A DNA stretch of 64,000 nt, taken from the NCBI GenBank assembly GCA_964570695.1, contig CAZNAE010000001.1:8290-72289 (forward strand). The letters are read 5' to 3'. Below, piece after piece: positions 51,259-63,706 of this stretch. The translations under genes were made by a program, and so were the position numbers. How positions within the stretch are numbered: position 1 is the stretch's first letter; each line of letters begins with the position of its first letter. A model generated the notes under the pieces. That model saw nothing but the letters and a program-made list of their open reading frames with translations. It was not told the DNA's origin and did not search any database. The stretch comes from an uncultured Devosia sp. GTDB lineage: Bacteria > Pseudomonadota > Alphaproteobacteria > Rhizobiales > Devosiaceae.

Positions 51259-51546
51259 ATGCGGCTCGAATGGTCTCCGGAAGCACTGCGTGACATCGAG
51301 AGGCTTTATCGATTCCTCAGCAGCAAAAACCCCAGAGCCGCAGATCGCGCGGTGGTAACCATCCGAGCGTCGCTCGGCCTCCTGCTTGACTTTCCGGAGG
51401 CCGGACGGATGGCAACCGATCTCGCCATCGACCACCGCGAGCTTCTGGTGCCGTTCTCCGACGGAGGCTGTGTTGTCGCCTACACTATCCGCGACGACGT
51501 GATCGAAATCATCGACATCCGCCACCAGCGCGAAACCGGCTCCTGA
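51259..51546 (+). CDS. ParE/RelE-family toxin
   Basis: LEWSPEALRDIERLY.FL...NP.AA, L..FPE.GR, RELLV, I..IRHQRE. Confidence 0.9.
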   Translation: MRLEWSPEALRDIERLYRFLSSKNPRAADRAVVTIRASLGLLLDFPEAGRMATDLAIDHRELLVPFSDGGCVVAYTIRDDVIEIIDIRHQRETGS

Positions 51547-51554
51547 CCCTCCGC

Positions 51555-51570
51555 TTAAAGCCCTCTTAAC
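51555..51570 (+). promoter_or_regulatory. CtrA binding box upstream of the TacA-like regulator
   Basis: Exact TTAA-AGCCCTC-TTAAC. Confidence 0.8.
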
Positions 51571-51647
51571 CGCCGCTCACCATCCTGCCCCGAAACGGCA
51601 CATCTGCGATTCGCCCAATCGCGCCGAAAACCAGGCTTGGGAGCCAC

Positions 51648-53132
<1,485 letters not shown>

Positions 53133-53303
53133 TGCGCTGACCTCGGGAACGCCGGCGTTCCCGTTGCAGCAAGATCACAAGTGCGCGTCACAAAAAGGTG
53201 AGGAATTGCGCGCGTTAAGACTTGTAGTTTAGGACCAAGGGTATCGTGCGAAATACTGGTTGCTGGTTTTTCCTCCCCACGATGCACCAACACGAATCTG
53301 GTA

Positions 53304-53318
53304 TGGCACCGCAGTCGC
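53304..53318 (+). promoter_or_regulatory. Putative sigma54 (-24/-12) promoter
   Basis: TGGCAC-CGCAG-TCGC: GG-N10-GC spacing, one mismatch to TGGCAC-N5-TTGC. Confidence 0.4.
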
Positions 53319-53370
53319 GCCGCTGTTTTGCGCGGCGCCCGCGGTCCGCATGGAAATGACGGAGTCGGCT

Positions 53371-55041
53371 TTGCGCGTTCTCATGGCAATCTTGATGGCA
53401 GGCGTCGCCCTCGCCGGCGCGGCCGTTCCGAGCTTCGCGCAGGACGCCGTCGTGCAGAAGGCCGCGCTGACCCGCGTCGTCATCGCGCCGCCACGCAGCG
53501 ATATCGCCAAGATCATCAAGGCCGGCCTGCAGGCGGCCTACTACAACGCCGACAAGACGTCGCGCGCCTATCAGCAGGCGCAGAAGCTCTATTTCTTCTA
53601 TGGCGAGCGCGGCTTCGAGCCGTTGTGGATCACCCAGGGCGCCGATGGCTCCGTCACCTTCTCGCCCAACGCCGAAAAGATCATCGACGTCTTCAAGAAC
53701 GCCACGCTCGAGGGCCTGCGTCCGACCGACTATCTGACCGCCGACCTTGATCCGGCCGCTGCCGGCACCGATCCAGCCAAACTCGCTGCACTCGAAACCG
53801 CGTTCTCCACCGCGGCCGTCAAATACGCGCAGGACGCCTATGGCGGCCGCATCAATCCGCTCGATGTCAATCCGCTGCTGATCATCACGCCCAAGCGGAT
53901 CAACGAAGCCGACGTGCTGGTGAAGCTCGCTGCCAGTGACGATCCGGCCAAGCTCCTCCTCGACCTCGATCCGCCGCACCCGGAGTTCGGCCTGCTCAAG
54001 GCGGCGCTGGCGAAGTTCTACGACAAGGATGCCGTCAAGACCGAGACCATCACCATCCCGGATGGTCCCACGCTGAAGCTCGGCATGAAGGACGACCGGG
54101 TGCCAACGCTGCGCGAGCGGCTCAGCGTCGACGCACCCGAGATCCCGGAAGGCGCGGCTGACGCCAAGGTCGACACCACCTACGACAAGGCATTGCTGGA
54201 CGCGGTGAAAGCCTTCCAGGCCGGCCTCGGCCTCGACGCCGACGGCGCGCTCGGCCCGGCCACTGTTGCCGCGCTCAACGGCGCCGGCACGGTGAGCAAG
54301 GACGACATCATCGCCAACATGGAGCGCTGGCGCTGGGAACCCAATGATTTCGGTGCCTTCCACGTCGAGGTGAATATCCCCGAGTTCCAGGTCCAGATCA
54401 TCAAGGACGGCACAGCGGTGCACACCACCCGTGTCGTCGTCGGCCGGCCGACCAACCAGACGCCGATCTTCTCGAACGCCATCCAGTTCATCGTCGTCAA
54501 TCCGTACTGGAACGTACCGCCCTCGATCGCCACGAAGGAAATCCTGCCCGACCTGATCAAGGACCCCAATTATCTTGATAGCCAGAACATGGAGATGCTG
54601 TCGGGATCGAAGGTCATCGATGCCTCCTCCATCGACTGGAGCACGGCCAACATCAACAACTACCATATCCGCCAGAAGCCGGGCGGCCTCAACGCCCTCG
54701 GCCAGGTCAAGTTCCTGTTTCCCAACGACCAGGACGTGTACCTGCACGACACTCCGTCGAAATCGCTGTTCGCCCGCTCCTACCGCGCCTATTCGCATGG
54801 CTGCGTGCGCGTCCAGAACCCGCTGGATTTCGCCGGCGCCCTGCTCGCGACCAATCCCGACATCACCGAGGACAGCCTCAAGGCTCTGTTCGGCGACAGC
54901 GAGAAGTGGGTGACGCTCAAGACCCACATCCCGATCCACCTGATGTACTTCACCCTCCGCGTCGACCCCGACGGCACCATCCGCTCCTACGGCGACGTCT
55001 ACGGCCACAACAAGAAGCTCATCGATTTGATGAACGCTTAG
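53371..55041 (+). CDS. L,D-transpeptidase (YcbB/LdtD type) with scaffold and PG-binding domains
   Basis: Signal peptide; AVKAFQ..GL..DG..G..T; NMERWRW; VNIPEF; YLHDTP...SHGCVRV; start TTG 53371 after GGAG (alternatives 53350/53260). Confidence 0.93.
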   Translation: MRVLMAILMAGVALAGAAVPSFAQDAVVQKAALTRVVIAPPRSDIAKIIKAGLQAAYYNADKTSRAYQQAQKLYFFYGERGFEPLWITQGADGSVTFSPNAEKIIDVFKNATLEGLRPTDYLTADLDPAAAGTDPAKLAALETAFSTAAVKYAQDAYGGRINPLDVNPLLIITPKRINEADVLVKLAASDDPAKLLLDLDPPHPEFGLLKAALAKFYDKDAVKTETITIPDGPTLKLGMKDDRVPTLRERLSVDAPEIPEGAADAKVDTTYDKALLDAVKAFQAGLGLDADGALGPATVAALNGAGTVSKDDIIANMERWRWEPNDFGAFHVEVNIPEFQVQIIKDGTAVHTTRVVVGRPTNQTPIFSNAIQFIVVNPYWNVPPSIATKEILPDLIKDPNYLDSQNMEMLSGSKVIDASSIDWSTANINNYHIRQKPGGLNALGQVKFLFPNDQDVYLHDTPSKSLFARSYRAYSHGCVRVQNPLDFAGALLATNPDITEDSLKALFGDSEKWVTLKTHIPIHLMYFTLRVDPDGTIRSYGDVYGHNKKLIDLMNA

Positions 55042-55115
55042 AGCCGTCCCGCGTATCAGGGAACCGGCCGCTGAGGGATCGTTCACGCCTCGTTAGTGCA
55101 CCGCTTTTCCCCCGT

Positions 55116-55131
55116 GTTTACCGTGCCTTAA
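55116..55131 (-). promoter_or_regulatory. CtrA-box-like site upstream of the DUF882 gene
   Basis: Minus strand TTAA-GGCACGG-TAAAC, one mismatch to consensus. Confidence 0.4.
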
Positions 55132-55295
55132 GACATCAGCCTTGGTTCAGCCGCGATTTTTGCTTAGAAATTGCAAACACTGGGCGTGTCTGCTTTAGGC
55201 AGTGCGCCGGTGGTATCGGCCGGCTGGGTCGTAACGGGTCGTTAGCGTTAACAGACTCTTGTGGTCTGGGCGCTAGTCTCGGTTCCAGCTGACAT

Positions 55296-56906
55296 TTGGT
55301 TCAACGGGCTGTTCGGGGCGTGGCGGGGAAAGCGCGATTCAATTGGCGTTTCTGGGCTTTGCGCGCTGCCGCAATCGGCGCCGCGCTGCTTTTGCTCGCC
55401 AACCAGGCGACGGCCCCGGTGACCGCCGGATCGGGTGACCGCACCCTTTGGCTCTACCACACACATACCCACGAAACTGCGAAGTTCACCTTCAAGCACA
55501 ACGGCCAGTACGATCCCGCCGTGCTGGCGCAGATGAACATCTTCCTCGCCGACTGGCGCACGCACCAGCCCACGCACATGGACCCGCACCTCTTTGACCT
55601 CCTCTGGGAGGTCTACCAGGACGTCGGCGGCACCCAGCCCTACAACATCGTCTCCGCCTATCGTACGCCCGAGACCAACGCCTATCTCCGCTCGCGCTCC
55701 TCTGCCGTCGCCGAGCATTCCCAGCACATGCTGGGCCATGCCATGGACGTCTTCATCCCGGGCGTACCGCTCGAGACGCTGCGCGAGGCGGCGCTCCGCC
55801 ATCAGGTCGGTGGCGTCGGCTATTACCCGACCTCCGGCAGCCCGTTCGTCCATATGGACACCGGCAGCGTCCGCGCCTGGCCGCGCCTGACCCGCGCGCA
55901 GCTGAGGACCGTCTTCCCCGACGGCAACACGCTGCATCTGCCCATCGACGGCACGCCTCTCTCCGACAGCGGCCGCCTCTACGCTCAGGCCGAGTGGAAC
56001 AAGTGCCACATGGTCCCCTGCAACGGCGAGGTTCCGCCAGCAATCACGCAGGATGGCGGCGAAGTGCAGGTCGCCTCGCTCGACCCGGCCGAGCGGACGG
56101 TGCCAACGATCAACATCGTCGCCCCGGTGCCGATGATGCGGCCGGTCGATGACAGCGGCGACGCCGGCGACGATGCCGAAGCAGTTCCTGCCCCGACACC
56201 ATTCGGCGCAGTGCAGGATCCGAACGCCGTCTTCCCCTTCAGCAAGACCCCCAGCATGATGGTCGCGACCCGCGACACGCTGCCCGCCGACGGCAATCAG
56301 GCGCTGGGGGCCATCAGTTCCAGCCTCGACGCACCGGTGCCGGTGCCGCGCGTGCTGATGACGCCCAACGACAACCAGATGCTGACCGCCTATGCGGATC
56401 CGGCGCAGGAGCCGGGCGCGCAGCAGGCTCTCCGTATCCTGATCGAGCGCGAAACCACCGCCAGCGCGCCGCAGCCGGCGCAGACGCCGCACATCGACAC
56501 CTCCGAGATCCGCACCGCCTCGCTCGGCGGCACCAACGGGCTCAACATCGCCAAGAACATGTTCGATATGACCTGGACGGCGGTGACCGAAGCCGGCGGC
56601 CGCAGCGCCGTCGCCTCGATGCTCACCAACTCGACCATCGACCGCCAGCCGATGGTCGGCCTCAAGGAGCGCAATGTCGACCTCATCGCGCCCGAAATCG
56701 ACCACGTCAACGAAACCCTCACGACGCCGTTGCCGATGACCGATGCCCACTATGCCGACATGTATGAGCCAGAGGGCTATCTCGACAACGCTGCCGAACT
56801 GGGGCCGATGGCCAACCGCGTCGGCCTTGAGCCCGACCTGACCGCCCCGCCCCGCTACGACCGCTTCATCGTCCGCAGCCCGATGCTGGTCGCCGCGCGG
56901 GGCTAG
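55296..56906 (+). CDS. DUF882/YcbK (MepK-like M15 peptidase) with long C-terminal extension
   Basis: [54 protein letters not shown]; start uncertain. Confidence 0.88.
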   Translation: MVQRAVRGVAGKARFNWRFWALRAAAIGAALLLLANQATAPVTAGSGDRTLWLYHTHTHETAKFTFKHNGQYDPAVLAQMNIFLADWRTHQPTHMDPHLFDLLWEVYQDVGGTQPYNIVSAYRTPETNAYLRSRSSAVAEHSQHMLGHAMDVFIPGVPLETLREAALRHQVGGVGYYPTSGSPFVHMDTGSVRAWPRLTRAQLRTVFPDGNTLHLPIDGTPLSDSGRLYAQAEWNKCHMVPCNGEVPPAITQDGGEVQVASLDPAERTVPTINIVAPVPMMRPVDDSGDAGDDAEAVPAPTPFGAVQDPNAVFPFSKTPSMMVATRDTLPADGNQALGAISSSLDAPVPVPRVLMTPNDNQMLTAYADPAQEPGAQQALRILIERETTASAPQPAQTPHIDTSEIRTASLGGTNGLNIAKNMFDMTWTAVTEAGGRSAVASMLTNSTIDRQPMVGLKERNVDLIAPEIDHVNETLTTPLPMTDAHYADMYEPEGYLDNAAELGPMANRVGLEPDLTAPPRYDRFIVRSPMLVAARG

Positions 56907-57043
56907 GCCCTTGCCACCGTCTCTGGGCGGTTCCCCACCCTCTGCGCCCCAACTCCAAACCTTCTGCACAACCCTTCAGGTTGCATTGCCCCACCACCCC
57001 TTCTAATCATTGCCCAGTCATTTTCCGCGGCGAAGGAACCGCC

Positions 57044-58966
57044 TTGCCTGATCGGCCGCCAACTCCGCTGCTCGACACTATCGCCTCGCCCGCCGACCTC
57101 AAGGCGCTCGACCGCGCGCAATTGCGGCAGGTCGCCGACGAGTTGCGCACCGAAATCATCGACGCGGTCTCGGTCACCGGCGGCCATCTGGGCGCCGGCC
57201 TCGGCGTCGTCGAGCTGACCGTGGCGCTCCATGCCGTGTTTAGCACGCCCGACGACCGCCTGATCTGGGACGTCGGCCACCAGGCCTATCCGCACAAGGT
57301 GCTGACCGGCCGCCGCGACCGCATCCGCACGCTGCGCCAGAAATCCGGCCTCTCCGGCTTCACCCGCCGCGCCGAGAGTCCCTACGATCCGTTCGGCGCC
57401 GGGCACTCCTCGACCTCGATTTCGGCCGGTCTCGGCATGGCCATCGCCGCCGCGCTCAAAGGCGAAGCCCGCCACGTGGTCGCCGTCATCGGCGATGGCG
57501 CGATGTCGGCCGGCATGGCCTATGAGGCGATGAACAACGCCGGCGCCGCCGACGCTCGCCTTATCGTCATCCTCAACGACAACGACATGTCGATCGCGCC
57601 GCCGACCGGCGCCATGTCGGCCTATCTGGCCCGCCTCGTCTCCGGCCCCGCCTATCGCGGTCTCCGCAACGTGGGCAAACAGCTCGCCAACCTGCTGCCG
57701 CCGTTCCTAAAAGAACAGGCGCGGAAAACGGAGGAGTTCGCCCGCGGCTGGTGGACGGGTGGAACGCTGTTCGAGGAACTCGGCTTCTTCTATGTCGGCC
57801 CGATCGACGGCCACAACCTCGACCATTTGCTGCCTGTTCTGCAGAACGTCCGCGACGCGGGCAACGGCCCGATCCTCGTCCATGTCGTGACCAAGAAGGG
57901 AAAGGGCTACGAACCGGCCGAGACCTCGTCCGACAAATATCACGGTGTCGGCAAGTTCAACGTCATCACCGGCGCGCAGGCCAAGGCGCAATCCAACGCG
58001 CCGTCCTACACCGCCGTCTTCGCCGAAAGCCTGATCGATGAGGCAAAGCGCGACGACCGCATCGTCGCCATCACCGCCGCGATGCCCTCAGGCACCGGCC
58101 TCGACAAATTCGCCGAGCTGTTTCCGGACCGCATTTTCGATGTCGGCATCGCCGAGCAGCACGCCGTCACCTTCGCCGCCGGCCTCGCCTCCGAAGGTAT
58201 GAAGCCGTTCGTCGCCATCTACTCGACCTTCCTGCAGCGCGCCTATGACCAGCTGATCCACGACGTTGCCGTGCAGAACCTGCCGGTGCGCTTCGCCATC
58301 GACCGTGCCGGCTATGTCGGCGCCGACGGCCCGACTCACGCTGGCAATTACGACTCGGCCTATCTCGGCGCCATCCCCAACATGGTGGTGATGGCGGCGG
58401 CCGACGAGGCGGAGCTCAAACATATGGTGGCGACCGCCGCCGTGCACGACAGCGGCCCCATCGCCTTCCGTTACCCGCGCGGCGACGGCGTCGGCGTCGA
58501 GCTGCCGGAACACGGTTCTATCCTGCCGATCGGCAAGGGCCGCGTCGTCAAGGAGGGGAGCGGCGTTGCGCTCCTGAGCTTCGGCACCCGCCTCGGCGAA
58601 GCTCTCGCCGCGGCCGAAAAACTCGCCGCCTATGGCCTCACCCCCACTGTCGCCGATGCCCGCTTCCTGAAGCCGCTCGACGAAGCCCTGATCGAACAAC
58701 TTGCCCGCAACCACGACGTGCTGATCACGCTCGAGGAATCCGGCATCGGCGGCTTCGGCAGCCATGTCGCGACCTTCCTCGCGCGCCACGGCCTCCTTGA
58801 CGGCAAGCTGAAGTTCCGCCCGCTGATGATCCCCGACAGTTTCACAGAGCAGGCGAACCAGGCCGACATGTACGCTGCCGCGGGCCTCGACCGCGCCGGT
58901 ATCGTCCAGACCGTACTCGATACGCTGGGCATCAGTGCCGCAGCCCGCGTCGCTGCTAGTTCCTGA
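57044..58966 (+). CDS. dxs: 1-deoxy-D-xylulose-5-phosphate synthase
   Basis: [47 protein letters not shown]. Confidence 0.99.
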   Translation: MPDRPPTPLLDTIASPADLKALDRAQLRQVADELRTEIIDAVSVTGGHLGAGLGVVELTVALHAVFSTPDDRLIWDVGHQAYPHKVLTGRRDRIRTLRQKSGLSGFTRRAESPYDPFGAGHSSTSISAGLGMAIAAALKGEARHVVAVIGDGAMSAGMAYEAMNNAGAADARLIVILNDNDMSIAPPTGAMSAYLARLVSGPAYRGLRNVGKQLANLLPPFLKEQARKTEEFARGWWTGGTLFEELGFFYVGPIDGHNLDHLLPVLQNVRDAGNGPILVHVVTKKGKGYEPAETSSDKYHGVGKFNVITGAQAKAQSNAPSYTAVFAESLIDEAKRDDRIVAITAAMPSGTGLDKFAELFPDRIFDVGIAEQHAVTFAAGLASEGMKPFVAIYSTFLQRAYDQLIHDVAVQNLPVRFAIDRAGYVGADGPTHAGNYDSAYLGAIPNMVVMAAADEAELKHMVATAAVHDSGPIAFRYPRGDGVGVELPEHGSILPIGKGRVVKEGSGVALLSFGTRLGEALAAAEKLAAYGLTPTVADARFLKPLDEALIEQLARNHDVLITLEESGIGGFGSHVATFLARHGLLDGKLKFRPLMIPDSFTEQANQADMYAAAGLDRAGIVQTVLDTLGISAAARVAASS

Positions 58967-60308
58967 GCGATATCCGCACGGGCATCGCCTCCTCCGGCTG
59001 CACCGTGATCTTCTGCACTGGCCATGGCGGCCGCTGGCCGACATAGTCGAAGCGCAGCCGCCGCATCAGCGCCGCCAGCGCCACCACCCCCTCCTGCATG
59101 GCGAAATATTGCCCGATGCAAACCCGTGGACCAACGCCAAACGGCAGATACTGGAACCGGTCGATGCTCTCCCGCGCGCCCGGCCGGAAGCGCGCCGGCA
59201 CAAACCCGTTCGGCTCCGTCCAGAGCTTCGAGTGCCGGTGCAAAATCCACGGCATGATCAGCACCGTCGCGCCCTTCGGGATCGGTACGCCGCCTGCTTT
59301 GTCCGCCTCGATCGCCATGCGGTTGAGCGACGGCGCCGGCGGATAAAGCCGCATCGCCTCCTCGAATGCCGCGCGTGTAAGAACCAGCCGGTCGACCCAC
59401 CCCATCGGCTCGCCGTCGGCAAAGTCATGCGCGTCGAGTTCGGCCTCGACTTTCGCCCGCTCCTCCGGCGCCTGGCTCAACAGATACAGCGTCCAGCCCA
59501 GCGCCCGCGCCGTGGTTTCGTGCCCGGCGCCGATGAAGGTGATGATATTGTCCTCGATCTCGTTGCGCGACAGCCCGTCGGCCTCGAGCAGCAGCGTCAG
59601 CAAATCGCGCGGCGCCTGCTCCGGCGCTCGCTCGATCAGGGCCTGCCGCTTCTCGATCGTCGCCTCGATCAGCCGCCGGAAATAGCCGAGCGATCTCTGC
59701 CCCATCACCCGCGTCAGCCGCGGCACGAAGCTCGGCGCGTCGAGCACATCCATCGGATCGACCCGCCCCATCGTCCGCAACAGCGCGGCGACTGCGCTCG
59801 CGAACTCCCGCGGCTCGCCGGCAATGTCGCCGCTGAACAAGGTCGCCTGGAGGATATCGAAGGCGAGCAGCGTCATCTGCTCGGCAAGATCGACGACCGT
59901 CCCTGCGCTCTGCGCCAGCCCCGCCGCGAACAGCTCCGAGCGTTCCAGCATGATTGGCCCGAACGCGGCCGTGTTGCGTGGCGCGAACACCGGCGCCAGC
60001 GATTTGCGCGTCCGCCGCCACAACTCGCCCTCCGCCGTCAGCAGACCATCCCGCAGGATCGGCCGCAACACCCGCTGCCGCAGCGGCTGCATCGCGTAGT
60101 TCTTCGCATTCTCGACCATCACGTGCCGGATCGCCGCCGGATCGCTGATGATGATCGTCGGCACCCCCAGCCAGTCGGCGCGGATCACCGGCTCGGTGAA
60201 CGCCGCCTCCGACCAGATGGCGAGCGGGTTGCGCGCCATCGTCCAGACGAAGCCCAATGCGCCAAGGGGCTTCGTACGCGGCGTCGGCGCTGGCGGATGA
60301 AAATTCAT
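58956..60308 (-). CDS. Cytochrome P450
   Basis: AGHETT I-helix, EAMR (ExxR), [15 protein letters not shown] heme motif. Confidence 0.97.
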   Translation of the reverse strand: MNFHPPAPTPRTKPLGALGFVWTMARNPLAIWSEAAFTEPVIRADWLGVPTIIISDPAAIRHVMVENAKNYAMQPLRQRVLRPILRDGLLTAEGELWRRTRKSLAPVFAPRNTAAFGPIMLERSELFAAGLAQSAGTVVDLAEQMTLLAFDILQATLFSGDIAGEPREFASAVAALLRTMGRVDPMDVLDAPSFVPRLTRVMGQRSLGYFRRLIEATIEKRQALIERAPEQAPRDLLTLLLEADGLSRNEIEDNIITFIGAGHETTARALGWTLYLLSQAPEERAKVEAELDAHDFADGEPMGWVDRLVLTRAAFEEAMRLYPPAPSLNRMAIEADKAGGVPIPKGATVLIMPWILHRHSKLWTEPNGFVPARFRPGARESIDRFQYLPFGVGPRVCIGQYFAMQEGVVALAALMRRLRFDYVGQRPPWPVQKITVQPEEAMPVRISLRN

Positions 60309-60339
60309 GCCGCCATAATATCCCGCATCATGGCCGCCG

Positions 60340-61716
60340 CTAGGCCAGCGGCTGCAAATCCGCAAACAGGCTCGGCAGCAACTCGCTCACCGTCGGGTGA
60401 ATGTGCATCGTCCGCGTGATCACCGTGTACGGAGCGTGCATCGCCATCACGTGCAGCAGCGACTGCACGATCTCATCGGCCTCGATGCCGAGCAGCGATG
60501 CCCCGAGGATTTGCTTCGTCGCCGGATCGACCAGCACCTTCATGAAGCCCTGCGTCTCACCCTTCTCGCGGGCCCGGCCGACCCGCGCCATCGGGAATAC
60601 GCCCTTCAGCGCCTTGATGCCCTTCGCCCGGATTTCAGCCTCGGTCATCCCGACATGCCCGAGCGGCGGATCGATGTAGAGATTGTAGGCCGCGATCCGG
60701 TCGCTCACCTTGCGGTCGTCGCCGTCGAGCAAATTCGCCGCGACGATCTCGAAGTCGTTGTAGGAGGTGTGCGTGAACCCGCCGCGGCCGTTGATGTCGC
60801 CCATCGCGAAGATGCCCTCGACATTGGTCTGCAGCCGCTCGTCGACCGTGATGTAGCCGCGCCCGTCGACAGCAACCCCGGCCGCCTCGAGCCCAAGCCC
60901 GTCACTGTTGGGCCGGCGTCCGGTCGCAATCAGCAAATGGCTGCCGCTGACCGCCTTGCGCTCCCCGCCCACGGCGTAACTCACCCGCACGCCGCCATCA
61001 TCGCGGACAATCTCGAACCCACTGACCCCGAGGACGAAATCGACGCCCTCATTGGCGAGGATATCGCGCACCCCCTCCGACACATCGGCGTCCTCCTTCG
61101 CGATCAGCCGCGTGCCCCGCTCGAGCACCGTGATCGCGGAGCCGAAGCGGCGGAACATCTGCGCGAACTCGAGCCCGATGTAGCTGCCGCCAATGATCAC
61201 CAGATGCTTCGGCAGCACGTCGAGGTCCATCAGCGACACATTGGTGAGATACGGCACGTCCGCCAGCCCTGGCCAATCCGGCACCACCGGCCGACCGCCG
61301 GTGTTGAGAAAAATCTGCGGCGCCGTTAGCCGCTCGCCGTTGACCTCGACCTCGCGGGCCCCCGTGAACTTTGCCGTGCCCATGATCGTCGTGAGGTTCT
61401 TGGTTGCTGCCATCCAGTCGACCAGCCCTTTGACGAACTCGGCCACCAGCCCATCGCGCCGCGCCTTCACCGCCGCGTAGTCGACGCTCACCGGCCCGAT
61501 CGCGACGCCGTACTTCGCGGCACTCCGCGCCACATGCGCCGCCCGCGCGCTCGCCACCATTGTCTTGGTCGGAATGCAGCCATTGTTGACGCAGGTGCCG
61601 CCGATCGTGCTGCGCTCGATCAATGCCACCCGGCGCCCCGCCTCCGCCAGCCGCACCGCGAGGAACGGCCCCGATTGCCCGGCCCCGATGATGATCGCGT
61701 CGTACGGCGTTGCCAT
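60340..61716 (-). CDS. FAD-dependent pyridine nucleotide-disulfide oxidoreductase (MerA/RclA-like, not true MerA)
   Basis: IIGAGQSG, GGTCVNNGCIPTK, GGSYIGLE, GD, HIHPTVSE; no C-terminal Cys pair. Confidence 0.9.
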   Translation of the reverse strand: MATPYDAIIIGAGQSGPFLAVRLAEAGRRVALIERSTIGGTCVNNGCIPTKTMVASARAAHVARSAAKYGVAIGPVSVDYAAVKARRDGLVAEFVKGLVDWMAATKNLTTIMGTAKFTGAREVEVNGERLTAPQIFLNTGGRPVVPDWPGLADVPYLTNVSLMDLDVLPKHLVIIGGSYIGLEFAQMFRRFGSAITVLERGTRLIAKEDADVSEGVRDILANEGVDFVLGVSGFEIVRDDGGVRVSYAVGGERKAVSGSHLLIATGRRPNSDGLGLEAAGVAVDGRGYITVDERLQTNVEGIFAMGDINGRGGFTHTSYNDFEIVAANLLDGDDRKVSDRIAAYNLYIDPPLGHVGMTEAEIRAKGIKALKGVFPMARVGRAREKGETQGFMKVLVDPATKQILGASLLGIEADEIVQSLLHVMAMHAPYTVITRTMHIHPTVSELLPSLFADLQPLA

Positions 61717-61904
61717 GCTGATCCTGTGGAGTTGGCGGCGGACACTGCGTCGTCGCCACGCCAAAGCAAAGCAGATCGCCGCCGGACGCGCCACCCGCAA
61801 CAATTTGTTCGATTTCTGCGTGGTTGCCACAATTCCTTTGAATGCCCGGTCGTATAGAGACGGTATTCCTGCAGCATTGGCGGCCCGCGCCGTCCTCCCA
61901 CCCA

Positions 61905-63686
61905 ATGTCCGATTTGACCGTTCCGGTTTCCGCTCCTTCCACGCCGTGGCTGCGCACGCTCGGCGCGCAGATCGGCCGCTGGCGCGGCCTTGCCATGCTG
62001 GTCCTCGCCGCGCTGGTGGGCTTTGCTGCCGCGCTCGTCGTCGCTTTCGTCGGCTGGGCCACGCGCGAACTCCACGCCGCGCTGTTCGGCATCGCGGGCG
62101 ACGAGCGCCTCAGTGCCCAGCATATGCTTGCCTCGCCACTGCTAGCCCTCGTGCCGCTGGCCGGTGGCGCCCTCCTCGCCGTGACCATCGTGCTCGCCCG
62201 CCGCTTCCGCACCCGGCCGCCGGTCGATCCCATCGAAGCCAACGCCGTCCACGGCGGCCGCATGTCGTTCCGCGAGAGCGTCATCGTGACCTTCCAGACG
62301 ATCCTCTCGAGCAGTTTCGGCGCCTCGGTGGGCCTTGAGGCCGGCTACACCCAGATGAGCTCATCGCTCGCCTCGTATCTGGGCACGCGCCTTAACCTTC
62401 GCCGCAACGAAGTCCGCATGCTGGTCGGCTGCGGCGCCGCCGGCGCCATCTCGGCAGCCTTCAATGCGCCCTTCACCGGCGCCTTCTATGCCTTCGAGCT
62501 CATCATCGGCATCTATTCGGTTGGCCTCCTCGCCCCTCTCATCACCGCCTCGCTGGTCGCAAGCTTTGCCGCCCGCTGGCTGGGCGCGGTGCAAACCCCG
62601 ATCACTTTGGATCAGGTCAATGCGCTCTCCGGCACCGATGTGCTGCCCTTCATCGTGCTGGGCGTGCTGGCCAGCGGGGTCGCAGTCGCCATCATGCTGA
62701 CGGTGGCCCAGATCGAGCGCGGCCTCTCCTTCGTGCGCCTGCCGCAGCCGCTCCGGCCGATCCTCGGCGGTCTGATCATGGGAGGCTTTGCGCTGCTCAC
62801 CCCGGAGGTGCTGTCGACCGGCCATGGTGCACTCGACCTGCAACTGACGAGCGGCGTCACTCTTACGGCGGTCGCCCTGCTGTTCGCACTGAAGTTTCTC
62901 GCTTCGGCAATCTCGCTCGGCACCGGCTTCCGGGGCGGCCTGTTCTTTGCCTCGCTGCTGCTCGGCGCCTTGCTCGGCAAGCTCTATGCCGGGCTGCTGG
63001 CCGCCGTCGGCATCGCCCCGCATCTCGACGTCCTGCTCGCGGCCGTCGTCGGCATGGCGTCGCTCGCCAGCGGCATCGTCGGCGGCCCGCTGACCATGAG
63101 CTTCCTCGTGCTCGAAACCACCGGCGACATCAACATCAGCGCCGCCGTGCTGGTCGCGGCCGGCCTCTCGGCCTTCCTCGTGCGCGAGCTATTCGGCTAC
63201 TCGTTCTCGACCTGGCGCCTGCATCTGCGCGGCGAGAGCATCCGGTCGGCGCACGACGTCGGCCGCGTCCGCAATCTCGTTGTCTCGGCCATGATGCGCG
63301 CTGACATCAGGACGGTGCTCGACCGCACCAGCCTTGCCGAGTTCCGCATCGCCTTTCCGCTCGGCTCGACCGAACGTGTCGTCGCCGTCGACAAGGCCGG
63401 CCGCTATGCCGGCATCATGCTGGTCGCCGATGCGTACCAGCCCGAGATCGAGGCGAAATCCCCGGACGGCTCGATCGAGCCGCTGCTGCGCTACCGCGAC
63501 CGCTTCCTGCTGCCTGGCCTCAACGTCGCCGACGCCGCAAAACTGTTCGAGAAAGCCGAGAGCGAAGAGCTGGCGGTCGTCGACAATCTCGGCAACCGCG
63601 CCGTGGTCGGTCTGTTGACTGAAAAATACTTGCTCCGGCGCTATGCGGAAGAGCTCGACAAGGGCCTCAAGGATCTGACCGGCTGA
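61905..63686 (+). CDS. ClC-family chloride channel/transporter with CBS domains
   Basis: GASVGLEAG, GAAGAISAAFNAPFTGAFYAFE, GFRGGLF, C-terminal CBS pair. Confidence 0.92.
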   Translation: MSDLTVPVSAPSTPWLRTLGAQIGRWRGLAMLVLAALVGFAAALVVAFVGWATRELHAALFGIAGDERLSAQHMLASPLLALVPLAGGALLAVTIVLARRFRTRPPVDPIEANAVHGGRMSFRESVIVTFQTILSSSFGASVGLEAGYTQMSSSLASYLGTRLNLRRNEVRMLVGCGAAGAISAAFNAPFTGAFYAFELIIGIYSVGLLAPLITASLVASFAARWLGAVQTPITLDQVNALSGTDVLPFIVLGVLASGVAVAIMLTVAQIERGLSFVRLPQPLRPILGGLIMGGFALLTPEVLSTGHGALDLQLTSGVTLTAVALLFALKFLASAISLGTGFRGGLFFASLLLGALLGKLYAGLLAAVGIAPHLDVLLAAVVGMASLASGIVGGPLTMSFLVLETTGDINISAAVLVAAGLSAFLVRELFGYSFSTWRLHLRGESIRSAHDVGRVRNLVVSAMMRADIRTVLDRTSLAEFRIAFPLGSTERVVAVDKAGRYAGIMLVADAYQPEIEAKSPDGSIEPLLRYRDRFLLPGLNVADAAKLFEKAESEELAVVDNLGNRAVVGLLTEKYLLRRYAEELDKGLKDLTG

Positions 63687-63706
63687 ACCGCCGTAAGAAC
63701 GCGGTT

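Noticed and set aside
55060-55083. EcfG/sigmaT promoter GGAAC...CGTT
   Set aside because: Spacer is 15 nt rather than the usual 16-17, with no supporting context
60340-61716. merA mercury resistance
   Set aside because: Lacks the C-terminal Cys pair and NmerA domain; no merR/T/P nearby
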